From NCBI GenBank assembly GCA_965206745.1, contig OZ242220.1, positions 544,001 to 608,000 of the forward strand: a stretch of 64,000 bases of DNA, given 5' to 3'. The number at the start of each line of letters is the position of its first letter. The stretch's first letter is position 1. Source of the stretch: Nitrosopumilus sp. (GTDB taxonomy: Archaea; Thermoproteota; Nitrososphaeria; Nitrososphaerales; Nitrosopumilaceae). The position numbers and the translations under genes are program-made. Below, in pieces: positions 55,124 to 64,000 of this stretch. The notes below the pieces were generated by a model that saw nothing but the letters and a program-made list of their open reading frames with translations, did not search any database and was not told the DNA's origin.

Positions 55124-57634
55124 TCACACCAGTGGCCTGTCCCCCTCGACGGGTTCTGTCAGATCTGTCTTCTCACCTGCGTTAATCCTCTCCAGAATCT
55201 CCAGCGCAGAGTGCTTGTGCAGGTACTCGTTATTGTTGCCACATCTGTATGAGAATGTGCATCTTGGACATCCAGACTCGTTTTTGCACGGGCATTCCTT
55301 TACAATAGACATGCTCCGCTCCAATGCCTTCTCAAATCTGTCGTAGAGTGCCTTGCTTGCACCACTGCCTCCAATTGCCCCGTCATAGATGAAGATCAGG
55401 CCCGAGGTACCCATAGATATGCCTCCCAAATCCTGGGACACCCCGCCTGTTATCATGTTGCTTCCCTCAATTACCACGTGCTCAGTTGCATGATACCCGC
55501 TGGCCTCTGTATACTCTTTATCCTCTGACTCTTCAATCATCTTGAGTGGCCTTGGCGCATGAAATACGATTCCCTTGGTTACAAAATCATATTCTAACGG
55601 CATGTCCAGCTCTATCTTCTCTCCCTGGGTGATCTCCTGGCCCAACTCGATGTTGACATAGCCGTACACCTTTTTCTCAATGTGCAGTTTGCAAAATGCC
55701 ACCTCCACGCCATTTGCATTCCTTCTCTCAAAGACTGTCTTGATGGTCGGCCATTCCTCTGTCAGTGACTTTGTATAGTATGGATAGTCCCTTGGAATCC
55801 TCTCTAGTCTTGCATAGTTTTTCTCCGGATAGTCAAACTCCCCTACCTTGTAGCGCATACCTGCCAGAAAATAGATTGCGTCCTTGTGCAACTCCTCCAG
55901 TGCAATCGGCAATACCCTGTCCCCGACCTTTTTCCCATCAAGGAAGATGTCTACTGACTTTCCAATTCCCCTTATGCTGTATTCGCTTAGCATCGAACTG
56001 ATCTTATCCAAATTTGGAATTATCCTGTTGTTGAACTCCTTTAGGTTTTCTTTGATGATGTGGTGTCTGATTACCTCTTGATGCTCCTTTAGCTCGTGTC
56101 TTGATATTGGCCTGTCGCATGCCATGGCCAGCACTTGAAATTCCTCCACAAAGGGATTCTTGGGATCGATGTATGTCTTTTCAATGTCCTCAAAATAATC
56201 ATCAGGATGATTCTTGTAATACTGTGATATGGGGTCATTTCCTAATGCCAAAAATGCATATCCTCTCTGACCCTTTCTTGCTGCCCTTCCTATCCTTTGA
56301 ATCAGCCTGTTGACTGGAATGGTAGATGATATGACACAGTCGACATTGCCCACATCTATGCCTAATTCGAGTGTCGGGGTGCATGAAATTGCCTGCAGTC
56401 TGTCCTCCTTGAACTGCCTCTCAACTGACGTCCTATAGTTTGCCATCAGGCCTGCCCTGTGAACCTTGATGTTGACTTTTTGTCTTTTTGCCTGCATTGC
56501 CAGCAGCTCTGAGTTCAGATGTGAATTATTGAAGACCATCGTCTTGTGGTTTTTTTGGGTCAGTTTCTTTGTCAATTCGACCATCAAGGCCCTCTGCGTC
56601 CGCAGCGACGGGAACAACATTGCAAAGTCCGTCTGCCCCCTTTTGCCCGAACCCTGAATTTTTTGCATCTCCTCCCCAAACAACTTTTGACAGAACTCCT
56701 TTGCATCATCAAGCGTGGCAGATGCTGCCACAAACTGTATCTTGTTGGTGCAGATTCTCTTGAGTCTTTTTATGATATAGTGCACGTTTGATCCAAAGAT
56801 TCCGGAATACACATGGGCCTCATCTGCAACAAGAATCCTAGTTGATGATAACAATGAGGAGAATCTGGTCTGATGCCACATGTGATAGTGCAGTACGTCA
56901 AAATTGGTAATTAGAATCTGAGGCGGATTATCAATTATCCTCCTCCTCTCATCTGGCTTTGTATCCCCGTCAAAGACACTTGCCCTTGCATCCACCTTTT
57001 CTGCAAATTTTTGAATCTTGGGGTACTGATCACGTGCCAGTGCTTTTGTCGGATATACGAAAATTGCAAAGACATTGCCCTCACTTGCATCCTTCTTTAT
57101 TCTCTGAATTACCGGAATCAAAAATGCCTCTGTCTTTCCAGATGCAGTGGGTGCCTCAATTACGACATTTTGCCCAAATGAAATCTCTTCAATTGACTCT
57201 TCTTGAAATTTGTAAAACTGCTCTATTTCTAGTTCCTTGAGATGCTCAGTTATGGACTCGTGCAACCCCATCTCCTGGACCTTGCAGCCCATCTTGGGCT
57301 CAGGATTGCTCAAAACTCTGTATTGTGAGATATAGTCTTTTTTTGAAAACAGGATCTCCTCTGTAATCTTATCTGGTTTGTTGTTCCCAATCATCTTCTT
57401 GATCTCATCTTCCCCTCTGATAATCCCCTCATCCTTGAGCCCATCAGACAGCCCGTCCTTAGTTACAAGCCCCTTGTCAAATCTTGAGAGAAATTCTAGA
57501 AATACCTCGTCCCTATTCTTTGAGAACTCCAGCAGGTCCTCAATACCGCATCCTACACAAGAGACGTGCATTTTTTTGTTGAATGTCTTTTGAATCTCCA
57601 CCTTTGACTTGCATTTTGGGCATGAGAACTTCAA
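55124..57634 (-). CDS. DEAH helicase with DUF1998 Zn domain (Hrq1/MrfA-like)
   Basis: APTASGKT, YPTKAL, DEAH, LELGIDVG, QRIGRAAR, C-terminal CPC..GCPRC. Confidence 0.92.
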   Translation of the reverse strand: MKFSCPKCKSKVEIQKTFNKKMHVSCVGCGIEDLLEFSKNRDEVFLEFLSRFDKGLVTKDGLSDGLKDEGIIRGEDEIKKMIGNNKPDKITEEILFSKKDYISQYRVLSNPEPKMGCKVQEMGLHESITEHLKELEIEQFYKFQEESIEEISFGQNVVIEAPTASGKTEAFLIPVIQRIKKDASEGNVFAIFVYPTKALARDQYPKIQKFAEKVDARASVFDGDTKPDERRRIIDNPPQILITNFDVLHYHMWHQTRFSSLLSSTRILVADEAHVYSGIFGSNVHYIIKRLKRICTNKIQFVAASATLDDAKEFCQKLFGEEMQKIQGSGKRGQTDFAMLFPSLRTQRALMVELTKKLTQKNHKTMVFNNSHLNSELLAMQAKRQKVNIKVHRAGLMANYRTSVERQFKEDRLQAISCTPTLELGIDVGNVDCVISSTIPVNRLIQRIGRAARKGQRGYAFLALGNDPISQYYKNHPDDYFEDIEKTYIDPKNPFVEEFQVLAMACDRPISRHELKEHQEVIRHHIIKENLKEFNNRIIPNLDKISSMLSEYSIRGIGKSVDIFLDGKKVGDRVLPIALEELHKDAIYFLAGMRYKVGEFDYPEKNYARLERIPRDYPYYTKSLTEEWPTIKTVFERRNANGVEVAFCKLHIEKKVYGYVNIELGQEITQGEKIELDMPLEYDFVTKGIVFHAPRPLKMIEESEDKEYTEASGYHATEHVVIEGSNMITGGVSQDLGGISMGTSGLIFIYDGAIGGSGASKALYDRFEKALERSMSIVKECPCKNESGCPRCTFSYRCGNNNEYLHKHSALEILERINAGEKTDLTEPVEGDRPLV

Positions 57635-57787
57635 GATCTACTTGGTAAGGGATGATTCATGATTTATTGTTTGATAGTTGCTGCAAAGCCTGTCTTGTAC
57701 AAAAAACATCACATGCCCAAGACAGATCGCATCTTGGGAATGACTCCCACATGACATTATTAAGCTAGAGAAGTCTTGAGTTTAAAA

Positions 57788-58565
57788 ATGGAAAAAATAG
57801 AAATTAACAAAATTTACAATCAGAACTGTATTGAAGGGATGGCCTCAATCCCCCAAGGACAAGGTTGATCTCGTCATCACTGATCCTCCCTTTGCGATAA
57901 ACTTCAAGGCAAAAAAGGCAAACTATAACAGGATCTCCTCTAGGGTGCTATCAGGCTATAACGAGATAAAGCCCGAGGACTATTATGATTTTACATCTGC
58001 ATGGATGGGTGAGGTTTTTAGAATCTTGAAGGACTCTGGGAGTATGTATGTTTTTTCAGGATGGAACAATCTCAAGGATATCCTGCGTGCCCTAGACGAT
58101 GTCGGATTTACAACCATAAACCACGTGATTTGGAAGTATCAGTTTGGCGTGGTCACCAAAAGAAAATTTGTCACTTCCCACTATCACTGCATCTATGTCT
58201 GCAAGGATGACAAGAAGCGAAAATTCTTCCCCTTCTCCAGGTTTGAAAAGGACGAGAAGACAAAAGATGGGCGCAGTCTTCATTACAGAGACAAGGAGGA
58301 TGTCTGGTATATCAAAAGAGAGTATTGGTCAGGAGACGAAAAGACCCCGACCAAACTTCCATCGGAGATAATTGAAAAAATACTGGCATACTCTAGTGAA
58401 GAAGATGATCTGGTCTTTGATCCGTTCCTTGGTTCTGGCCAGGTTGCAGTAGTTGGCAAATCCCTAAAACGAAAGTTTTTGGGTTTTGAGATAGTTCCAA
58501 ATTATTACAAATTTGCCAAAAAGCGACTAGACACTAACACGTATAGGATCAAAAAATCGAAATGA
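57788..58565 (+). pseudogene. Site-specific N4/N6 DNA methyltransferase (beta class) interrupted by a +1 frameshift
   Basis: MEKIEINKIYNQNCIEGMASIP in one frame and KDKVDLVITDPPF...DPFLGSG in the +1 frame; junction at the C5 run 57850-57854. Confidence 0.8.
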
Positions 58566-58566
58566 T

Positions 58567-58911
58567 TTATTTCTCATCAGGCCTGTCTGCCCTCTTTTGA
58601 CCCATCTTTGATGCAATGCCCTCCCTTAACTGCTCGTCTGTTCTTCCCTCCACCTTTACTCCGGCTGACTTTGCAATCGTCTCTAGTTTCTCACGTTCTG
58701 TCTGAACCGGCCCTGAGATCTTGGGAACCTCATCATTCATCTCCTTTATCTGCTCCTGAATCTCATCCTTGGCCTTGTTGTACTCGCCGACTATCTTTCC
58801 CATCTTTTTGGCAGCACCTGGAAGCTTGCCTGTGCCCAAAATCAGTACTAGTGCGACAAAAATAATTATCATCCATTCACTTCCGCCGATGTTTAGCGCA
58901 CCCTCAAGCAT
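58567..58911 (-). CDS. tatA: Twin-arginine translocase TatA/E family subunit
   Basis: IGGSEW...LILGTGKLP.AAKKMGK...EY.KA. Confidence 0.88.
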   Translation of the reverse strand: MLEGALNIGGSEWMIIIFVALVLILGTGKLPGAAKKMGKIVGEYNKAKDEIQEQIKEMNDEVPKISGPVQTEREKLETIAKSAGVKVEGRTDEQLREGIASKMGQKRADRPDEK

Positions 58912-58971
58912 GCCTTGATATTCTTTAAATTGAAATTAAACGTAATGTTTGAAATTCATGCCTGAATGACC

Positions 58972-60126
58972 CTATCCCTGAATCCTTTGTGGCTCCAGTC
59001 TCTTTCTGGCATTTATGGCAAACAGTGTCACGCCTATTCCAATCACACAAAGTATCACATATGGTGACTGATCTCCAAATGACTGTGTGATTGGGCCCCC
59101 GATGGTCGGCCCAATTGCCCATCCCATGCCAAAGACTGTCTCATATGCCCCGATAATTTTGCCTGAAATCCTTTTCTGAGTCTTGCTCAAAATTACCTCC
59201 AAGGTCAGCGGGAAGAATATGCTAAATCCGAACCCCATCAGAACAAGCGCTATGCCAAAAGTAATGATCGAGTCTGCCACCACTGAAATTGCCAATCCTG
59301 CTGTCACTGCGATGGTTCCAGCAATCAGAGTCTGGCTTGTCCTTCTTGCAAATTTCCCTGCCAGTGCAAGGAACACGACCCGTGATACCCCAAAGACAAA
59401 GTACAGCAACAAGATATCCGGAGCTGATATCCCGCTGTCATTGAGAAATGCTGGATAAATCGTGAGTATTATCCCAAAAGATGACGTGCAGAAGATTAGC
59501 AGGATTATGATCTCTGGGAACCTCCTCATCTCCCTTATTGACGAGATTGAAAAGTGCTCATGGTGTATTCTTTTGTTTTTTCTTGATGTTAAAATTGCAG
59601 AAATTATGGCAGATGCAAGAACAAAGGCCGCAATTTGGAACAGGATCCTATATGTCACATCCATGTCCTCTAGCAGTACGGTGCCAAGCAACGGTCCTAC
59701 CATGAAGCCGATTACAAAAAACATTGCAAACCACGAGATATGCTTTACCCTGTCTTTTTCAGAACTCTCATTTGAAATAATTGCCTGACATGGGGGCCAG
59801 AAAAATGCATGTGCGACACCTGTTATAATCCTGAATCCCATAATCTCTGGAACCGATTGCGCAATTGACAGGAGATACACTGATGCAGAATTCATTGCAA
59901 CACCCACTGCAAGCAGGTATCCGTTGTTGATTCTATCAAGAAGGATTCCGACAAAAAGCGGGATGAACATGTATGGGATGAAATTTGCCAGTCCAATCAG
60001 TCCCAACTCAGAGTACGTTGCACCGATGAGATTCTTTGCAAAGACTGGCAGAATCGGACCGTGTAATCCATATGAGATGCCGATGATCAAGCCGGTGATG
60101 TTGACTAGTATGATGATTCTATTCAT
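58972..60126 (-). CDS. MFS transporter
   Basis: About 12 transmembrane helices, GILLDR motif A-like. Confidence 0.9.
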   Translation of the reverse strand: MNRIIILVNITGLIIGISYGLHGPILPVFAKNLIGATYSELGLIGLANFIPYMFIPLFVGILLDRINNGYLLAVGVAMNSASVYLLSIAQSVPEIMGFRIITGVAHAFFWPPCQAIISNESSEKDRVKHISWFAMFFVIGFMVGPLLGTVLLEDMDVTYRILFQIAAFVLASAIISAILTSRKNKRIHHEHFSISSIREMRRFPEIIILLIFCTSSFGIILTIYPAFLNDSGISAPDILLLYFVFGVSRVVFLALAGKFARRTSQTLIAGTIAVTAGLAISVVADSIITFGIALVLMGFGFSIFFPLTLEVILSKTQKRISGKIIGAYETVFGMGWAIGPTIGGPITQSFGDQSPYVILCVIGIGVTLFAINARKRLEPQRIQG

Positions 60127-60812
60127 TTGTAAGCTGCAACCATTATTGCGCCACCCATAAGATCCTTCTCAAATTCCACCCTTGAGAATTTCTCCAGTAT
60201 CAGCCCTTCAAGCTTTTTGTTTCTTGGCCACCTCTTGTAGGTTCCATATAGGGTGCCAAACTTCAGTCCGAGCCTACCCCCTGCGGCAAATGCGAGAATT
60301 GGCAGAATGCATCTGAGATAAAATGAGACGCCTGCCCTGAAGAACGCCTCATCTGGTTTTCCCAAATCCACTATCACAAACCTTCCGTCCTTTTTTAGTA
60401 CCCTGTGAATTTCAGATATGGCGATTCTCAGATTGATTGCATCCCTTAGAGAATAGCCACACAAGACTGCGTCGAACTCTCCGTCTTTGAATGGGATGTG
60501 CTCAAAGACGCCATTTGCCATATCCGGTGTCTCCTCAAAAAATGTTCCAGTATTTTTCAACATTGGCACCAACGGATCATAGAGTGTAACTGATATTTTT
60601 CCACCTGCTAGTTTCATTGCGGTTTTTGACATGTTTCCAAAACCAGAGCCTGCATCTAGTATCTTGTTTCCTGCAAACACCCTGTTTGCGATTCCACGAT
60701 TGCGGTGTTCCTCGTCCTTGCCTAGTGAAATGATGGTATTGACCTTGTCGTAAATTGGAATGATCTCCTCGAGTACCTTGATTACCTCGCCCCAATAGCT
60801 TCCCAGACCCAT
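60123..60812 (-). CDS. UbiE/MenG-family SAM methyltransferase
   Basis: YDKVN..IS.G, LDAGSGFG, IPFKD.EFD, EIHRVLK. Confidence 0.85.
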   Translation of the reverse strand: MGLGSYWGEVIKVLEEIIPIYDKVNTIISLGKDEEHRNRGIANRVFAGNKILDAGSGFGNMSKTAMKLAGGKISVTLYDPLVPMLKNTGTFFEETPDMANGVFEHIPFKDGEFDAVLCGYSLRDAINLRIAISEIHRVLKKDGRFVIVDLGKPDEAFFRAGVSFYLRCILPILAFAAGGRLGLKFGTLYGTYKRWPRNKKLEGLILEKFSRVEFEKDLMGGAIMVAAYK

Positions 60813-60864
60813 AATCTATTGCCTCATCATACTTGCTTGAATAGGTTTCAAATCGAAGGTTCTA

Positions 60865-61587
60865 TTATGGTGCAAACTTTGCTGCACTGGAAGAATAATC
60901 CTGTAAATCCGACTCTGAAATCTTTGCAAACACCTTGGTCTGAGTCGTAATTTTTGCCATCTTGATATTGGTGATGCCGTCCTTTGCTTCTGCTTTTAGA
61001 TTGATTGCCGCAATGGCAAGTGCTGCAGCATCATTCAAACTCAAATCCTCCTTGTAATGCTTTTCGAGGAATGCATTGACATCGTCTGCACCTGCGCCGA
61101 TTGCGACTGCCGCAAACTGGATGTATGTTCCGCTGGGATCTGTGACATAGATTGATTCCCCCTTTTGATCAATTCCTGCAATGATCATGGAGACCCCGTT
61201 TGGACGCACTCCGCCATACTGTGTAAACTGATGTGCCTGGTCTGCCAGATGCTTGGCAACTGTTGCAACCTCGACTGATTCGTCATATGTCATTTTGTTT
61301 CCCTGTGAGAAGAATCGCGCACCATCCACTTGGACACGTGCATCTGGAATGTATCCTGCCGCTGCGACCCCTATGTGATGATCGACTTGGAAGATCTTTT
61401 GAGTGATACTGCTAGTTTGTAGTGGTCTGGGCTTTTCCTCAACTGCCATGATGACCCCCTCCTTGCTCTTGATGCCGATGGCCAAGGTTCCCCTCTTTAC
61501 TGTCTCAATGGCATATTCGACTTGGTATATTCTGCCGTCCGGCGAATACATTGTAGGCGTCATGTCATAACCACGGGATGCCATCAT
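60865..61587 (-). CDS. psmA: Proteasome alpha subunit
   Basis: GYDMTPTMYSPDGRIYQVEYA. Confidence 0.96.
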   Translation of the reverse strand: MMASRGYDMTPTMYSPDGRIYQVEYAIETVKRGTLAIGIKSKEGVIMAVEEKPRPLQTSSITQKIFQVDHHIGVAAAGYIPDARVQVDGARFFSQGNKMTYDESVEVATVAKHLADQAHQFTQYGGVRPNGVSMIIAGIDQKGESIYVTDPSGTYIQFAAVAIGAGADDVNAFLEKHYKEDLSLNDAAALAIAAINLKAEAKDGITNIKMAKITTQTKVFAKISESDLQDYSSSAAKFAP

Positions 61588-61637
61588 ATCATCACGAGTT
61601 CGTACCGAGTCAATTTAAGGGTAATTGTCTTGTCTGA

Positions 61638-61670
61638 ATCTGGGTTAGATCTGGAAATAGGGTTTTAAGC
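61638..61670 (+). promoter_or_regulatory. Direct-repeat element plus TATA-like box upstream of the ArsR-type regulator
   Basis: ATCTGG-N5-ATCTGG-N8-TTTTAAGC before ATG 61694. Confidence 0.5.
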
Positions 61671-61693
61671 AGAATTGCTTTATTAAGTTTGAG

Positions 61694-62077
61694 ATGATCA
61701 GTCAGATGTTAAAGTTCAAAGAGATCATTAGATCAAAGCAGGATCCAAAATCTAGAAAGCCTGACAAGCAGACTAGGAACCTCCTACTTTACCTGTTTAC
61801 TAGTACCAGAGGCGGATTCACGCGGCTACGGATAATCATTCATCTTTTAGAGCAGCCATACAATACGCATCAATTGGCAAAGACTCTTGATCTTGACTAC
61901 AAGGCAGTCCAACATCACATGCAAGTTCTAGAAAAGAACAACATGGTCTCAAAAATAGGGGCAAAGTATGGTGCAATGTTTCATCTCTCAAACTTTCTCG
62001 AAGCCAACCTTGGCGCATTAAATGAGGCAATTGACAAATTGGACCGCAAGATGAATCGTACCAAGGTCTACATGTGA
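61694..62077 (+). CDS. ArsR-like winged-helix transcription regulator
   Basis: TRGG.TRLRII..L...PYNTHQLAKTL.LDYKAVQHHM.VLEKN. Confidence 0.9.
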   Translation: MISQMLKFKEIIRSKQDPKSRKPDKQTRNLLLYLFTSTRGGFTRLRIIIHLLEQPYNTHQLAKTLDLDYKAVQHHMQVLEKNNMVSKIGAKYGAMFHLSNFLEANLGALNEAIDKLDRKMNRTKVYM

Positions 62078-62149
62078 CCTGGTTTCCGAGTCTGCGATCT
62101 ACATTTTTGAACTAAACTTAATATAATATGTTCAGTTTTCAGAATCATC

Positions 62150-63424
62150 TTGGTCAAAAATGATCCCTTTGCAAATGCAACCAAACAAGTCAATGATGCA
62201 TGTGATATAATTGGAATCAAGGACAAGGAACTGCGCCAATATTTGGCAATGCCAAACAAAGTTTTGAGGGTTAAAATTCCCGTCAAGATGGATAATGGCA
62301 AGATTAGAATTTTTACCGGTTTTAGAAGTCAGCATAACAACGATAGAGGCCCATACAAGGGGGGCATTCGTTACTTTAATCCAGAAGGCGGCGTGGAATA
62401 TATGGAACGCGAAGTCATGGCACTCTCCTCATGGATGACGTGGAAGTGTGCAATTGTCGATATTCCCTTAGGTGGAGGCAAGGGTGCAATCTATGTCAAC
62501 CCAAAGACTGAGAAGATAAGTGCTGGGGAACTAGAGAGGCTTACGCGAGGATTCGCATACAAGATCTCTGAAATCATAGGCCCTCAAAAAGACATTCCAG
62601 CCCCTGATGTCTACACGACGGGCAAAGAGATGACGCAAATCATGGACACATTTTGCAAACTAAACGGCAACAAATATGCTCCTGGTGTGATTACCGGCAA
62701 GCCAATCTCCATGGGCGGCTCGTTGGCAAGAAACGTTGCAACCGGATTGGGTGCAGCATACACTGTCAGGGAGGCAGCAAAGACCCTGAAGATAAATCTC
62801 AAGGGTTCCAAAGTCGTCTTGCAGGGATTTGGCAACGCATCAACATTTGCAGGAGAATATCTTGAAAAGATGGGTGCAAAAATAATCGGCGTCAGTGACT
62901 CCAAGGGTTCGATATCGATTCCAAACGGTGCAAAGGTTAGCGCAATCCTGGAGCACAAGAAAAAAAAGGGATCCGTTCTTGGATTCCCTGGCAGTAAAAA
63001 GATCTCAACGGAGGAGTTACTCACCACAAAGTGTGACGTTCTAGTTCCTGCAGCACTTGAGAATCAGATCAATGCAAAGATTGCAAAGAACCTCAAATGC
63101 AAGATACTTGCAGAGGCTGCAAACGGTCCTACCTTGCCTGAGGCAGATCCAATCATCTTCAAAAAGAAGATTTTGGTAATTCCAGATATCCTGGCAAATT
63201 CCGGCGGCGTATGCATCTCATATCTAGAATGGGTGCAAAACAACATGGGCTACTATTGGAGTTTTGATGAGGTTGCAGGCAAGATGGAGAAGAACATCAC
63301 AAAGGGATTCAAAGACGCGTACCAACTCAGCAAAAAGCACAAGATCGATATGAGAAAGGCAACCATGGTCTTGGCAGTCGGCAGGGTGCTTGAAGCATTT
63401 GAGCAAAAGGGCGTCTGGCCGTAA
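62150..63424 (+). CDS. gdhA: Glutamate dehydrogenase (Glu/Leu/Phe/Val family)
   Basis: GPYKGGIR, GGGKG, DIPAPD, QGFGN, EAANGP, PDILANSGGV. Confidence 0.93.
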   Translation: MVKNDPFANATKQVNDACDIIGIKDKELRQYLAMPNKVLRVKIPVKMDNGKIRIFTGFRSQHNNDRGPYKGGIRYFNPEGGVEYMEREVMALSSWMTWKCAIVDIPLGGGKGAIYVNPKTEKISAGELERLTRGFAYKISEIIGPQKDIPAPDVYTTGKEMTQIMDTFCKLNGNKYAPGVITGKPISMGGSLARNVATGLGAAYTVREAAKTLKINLKGSKVVLQGFGNASTFAGEYLEKMGAKIIGVSDSKGSISIPNGAKVSAILEHKKKKGSVLGFPGSKKISTEELLTTKCDVLVPAALENQINAKIAKNLKCKILAEAANGPTLPEADPIIFKKKILVIPDILANSGGVCISYLEWVQNNMGYYWSFDEVAGKMEKNITKGFKDAYQLSKKHKIDMRKATMVLAVGRVLEAFEQKGVWP

Positions 63425-63426
63425 TC

Positions 63427-63804
63427 TCAGGTCAGATAAGGCTCGTAACTTTTCAACTGCTCGATGAACATTATCTTTCCTTTTGTGATGGTGCGTAACT
63501 TTCTCTTGAAACCAAGATCCACCCTTGTCCTTCTTTGCAACAAGTCAACTGTCCTTCCAGTTAACATTCTGCCCTTTCGGTCCCTGTCAAAAAGGATTAC
63601 CAGTCTCTCAAATTTTGCCACAGAATCTGCAAAATTTACCATTCCTGAAAACCTGTGAAATTCCAAGACCCTTCCAGTAAACCCCAGCCTTCTCAATGCA
63701 TCTGAATCCCTTCTGCCTTCAACTATGACTGCGCTGCCTTTCAGACTGTTTAACTCAAAGATAAAATCCTGCAATTCCAAAACTTCTTGCTCTGAGACTA
63801 GCAC
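63427..63804 (-). CDS. Small Toprim-domain protein
   Basis: VIVEGRRD and ILFDRDRKG; start taken at GTG 63804. Confidence 0.85.
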   Translation of the reverse strand: MLVSEQEVLELQDFIFELNSLKGSAVIVEGRRDSDALRRLGFTGRVLEFHRFSGMVNFADSVAKFERLVILFDRDRKGRMLTGRTVDLLQRRTRVDLGFKRKLRTITKGKIMFIEQLKSYEPYLT

Positions 63805-63872
63805 GCTTTGTGATTGATCTTGGCATATTAAAACAGAGCATATTTTTACCACCAAAGAGATTATTGAGCAGG

Positions 63873-64000
63873 ATGAAAACCGAATCAGAAGTTGCACAAT
63901 ACAGAAAGGTAATCGAGGAGAGGCTGGTAAAAGCGGAATCCATGGATGCCATGAAATACTATCAAGGCGTGCTCCGGTGTCTTGAGTGGATGGTAACTGG
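63873..64000 (+). CDS. Hypothetical protein, truncated at window end
   Basis: MKTESEVAQYRKVIEERLVKAESMDAMKYYQGVLRCLEWMVT, open to the window edge. Confidence 0.55.
   Translation, partial: MKTESEVAQYRKVIEERLVKAESMDAMKYYQGVLRCLEWMVT

Noticed and set aside
57716-57738. CCCAAGA/TCTTGGG hairpin between the helicase and methyltransferase genes
   Set aside because: A 7-bp stem alone is insufficient evidence for an ncRNA
55124-58565. DISARM-like system (DUF1998 helicase plus methyltransferase)
   Set aside because: The genes are divergent, other drm genes are absent and the helicase looks like a core Hrq1/MrfA type
1-64000. Integrase, transposase or provirus
   Set aside because: No recombinase, transposase or capsid motifs seen, and no duplicated tRNA 3' ends found

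Overview
Chromosomal window from an ammonia-oxidising archaeon, most likely Nitrosopumilaceae. Markers are the eukaryote-like topoisomerase IB, Topo VI, Nop5/fibrillarin, RadA, TFE-beta, a proteasome alpha subunit, a Grs-like radical SAM enzyme and a BHB-intron tRNA. Most of it is core machinery for nucleotide metabolism, ribosome biogenesis, RNA modification and DNA topology. AT-rich accessory patches interrupt it at about 1-2.75 kb (PD-(D/E)XK protein with a perfect 15-bp VNTR), 14.4-16.6 kb (RmuC/DUF2130-like nuclease plus Mrr) and 33.9-36.2 kb (two orphan genes, one with NPP1/Vps62-like motifs). A variable region at about 45.7-52.3 kb ends at tRNA-Met. The most notable observations are: (i) a shared 11-bp-periodic ATYKGG direct-repeat element 8 bp upstream of TATA-like boxes of a Met/His-rich secreted protein, a membrane/C2H2/NDH-2 fusion flavoprotein and an ArsR-type regulator, suggesting a metal/redox regulon; (ii) repeat-expanded disordered tails on core proteins (TFE-beta, Nop5, RadA, Top6B); (iii) a single-base frameshift in a C5 run of a DNA methyltransferase; (iv) several small ORFs and pseudogenes missed by the ORF track. 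All calls come from motif recognition by eye; no database searches were run.
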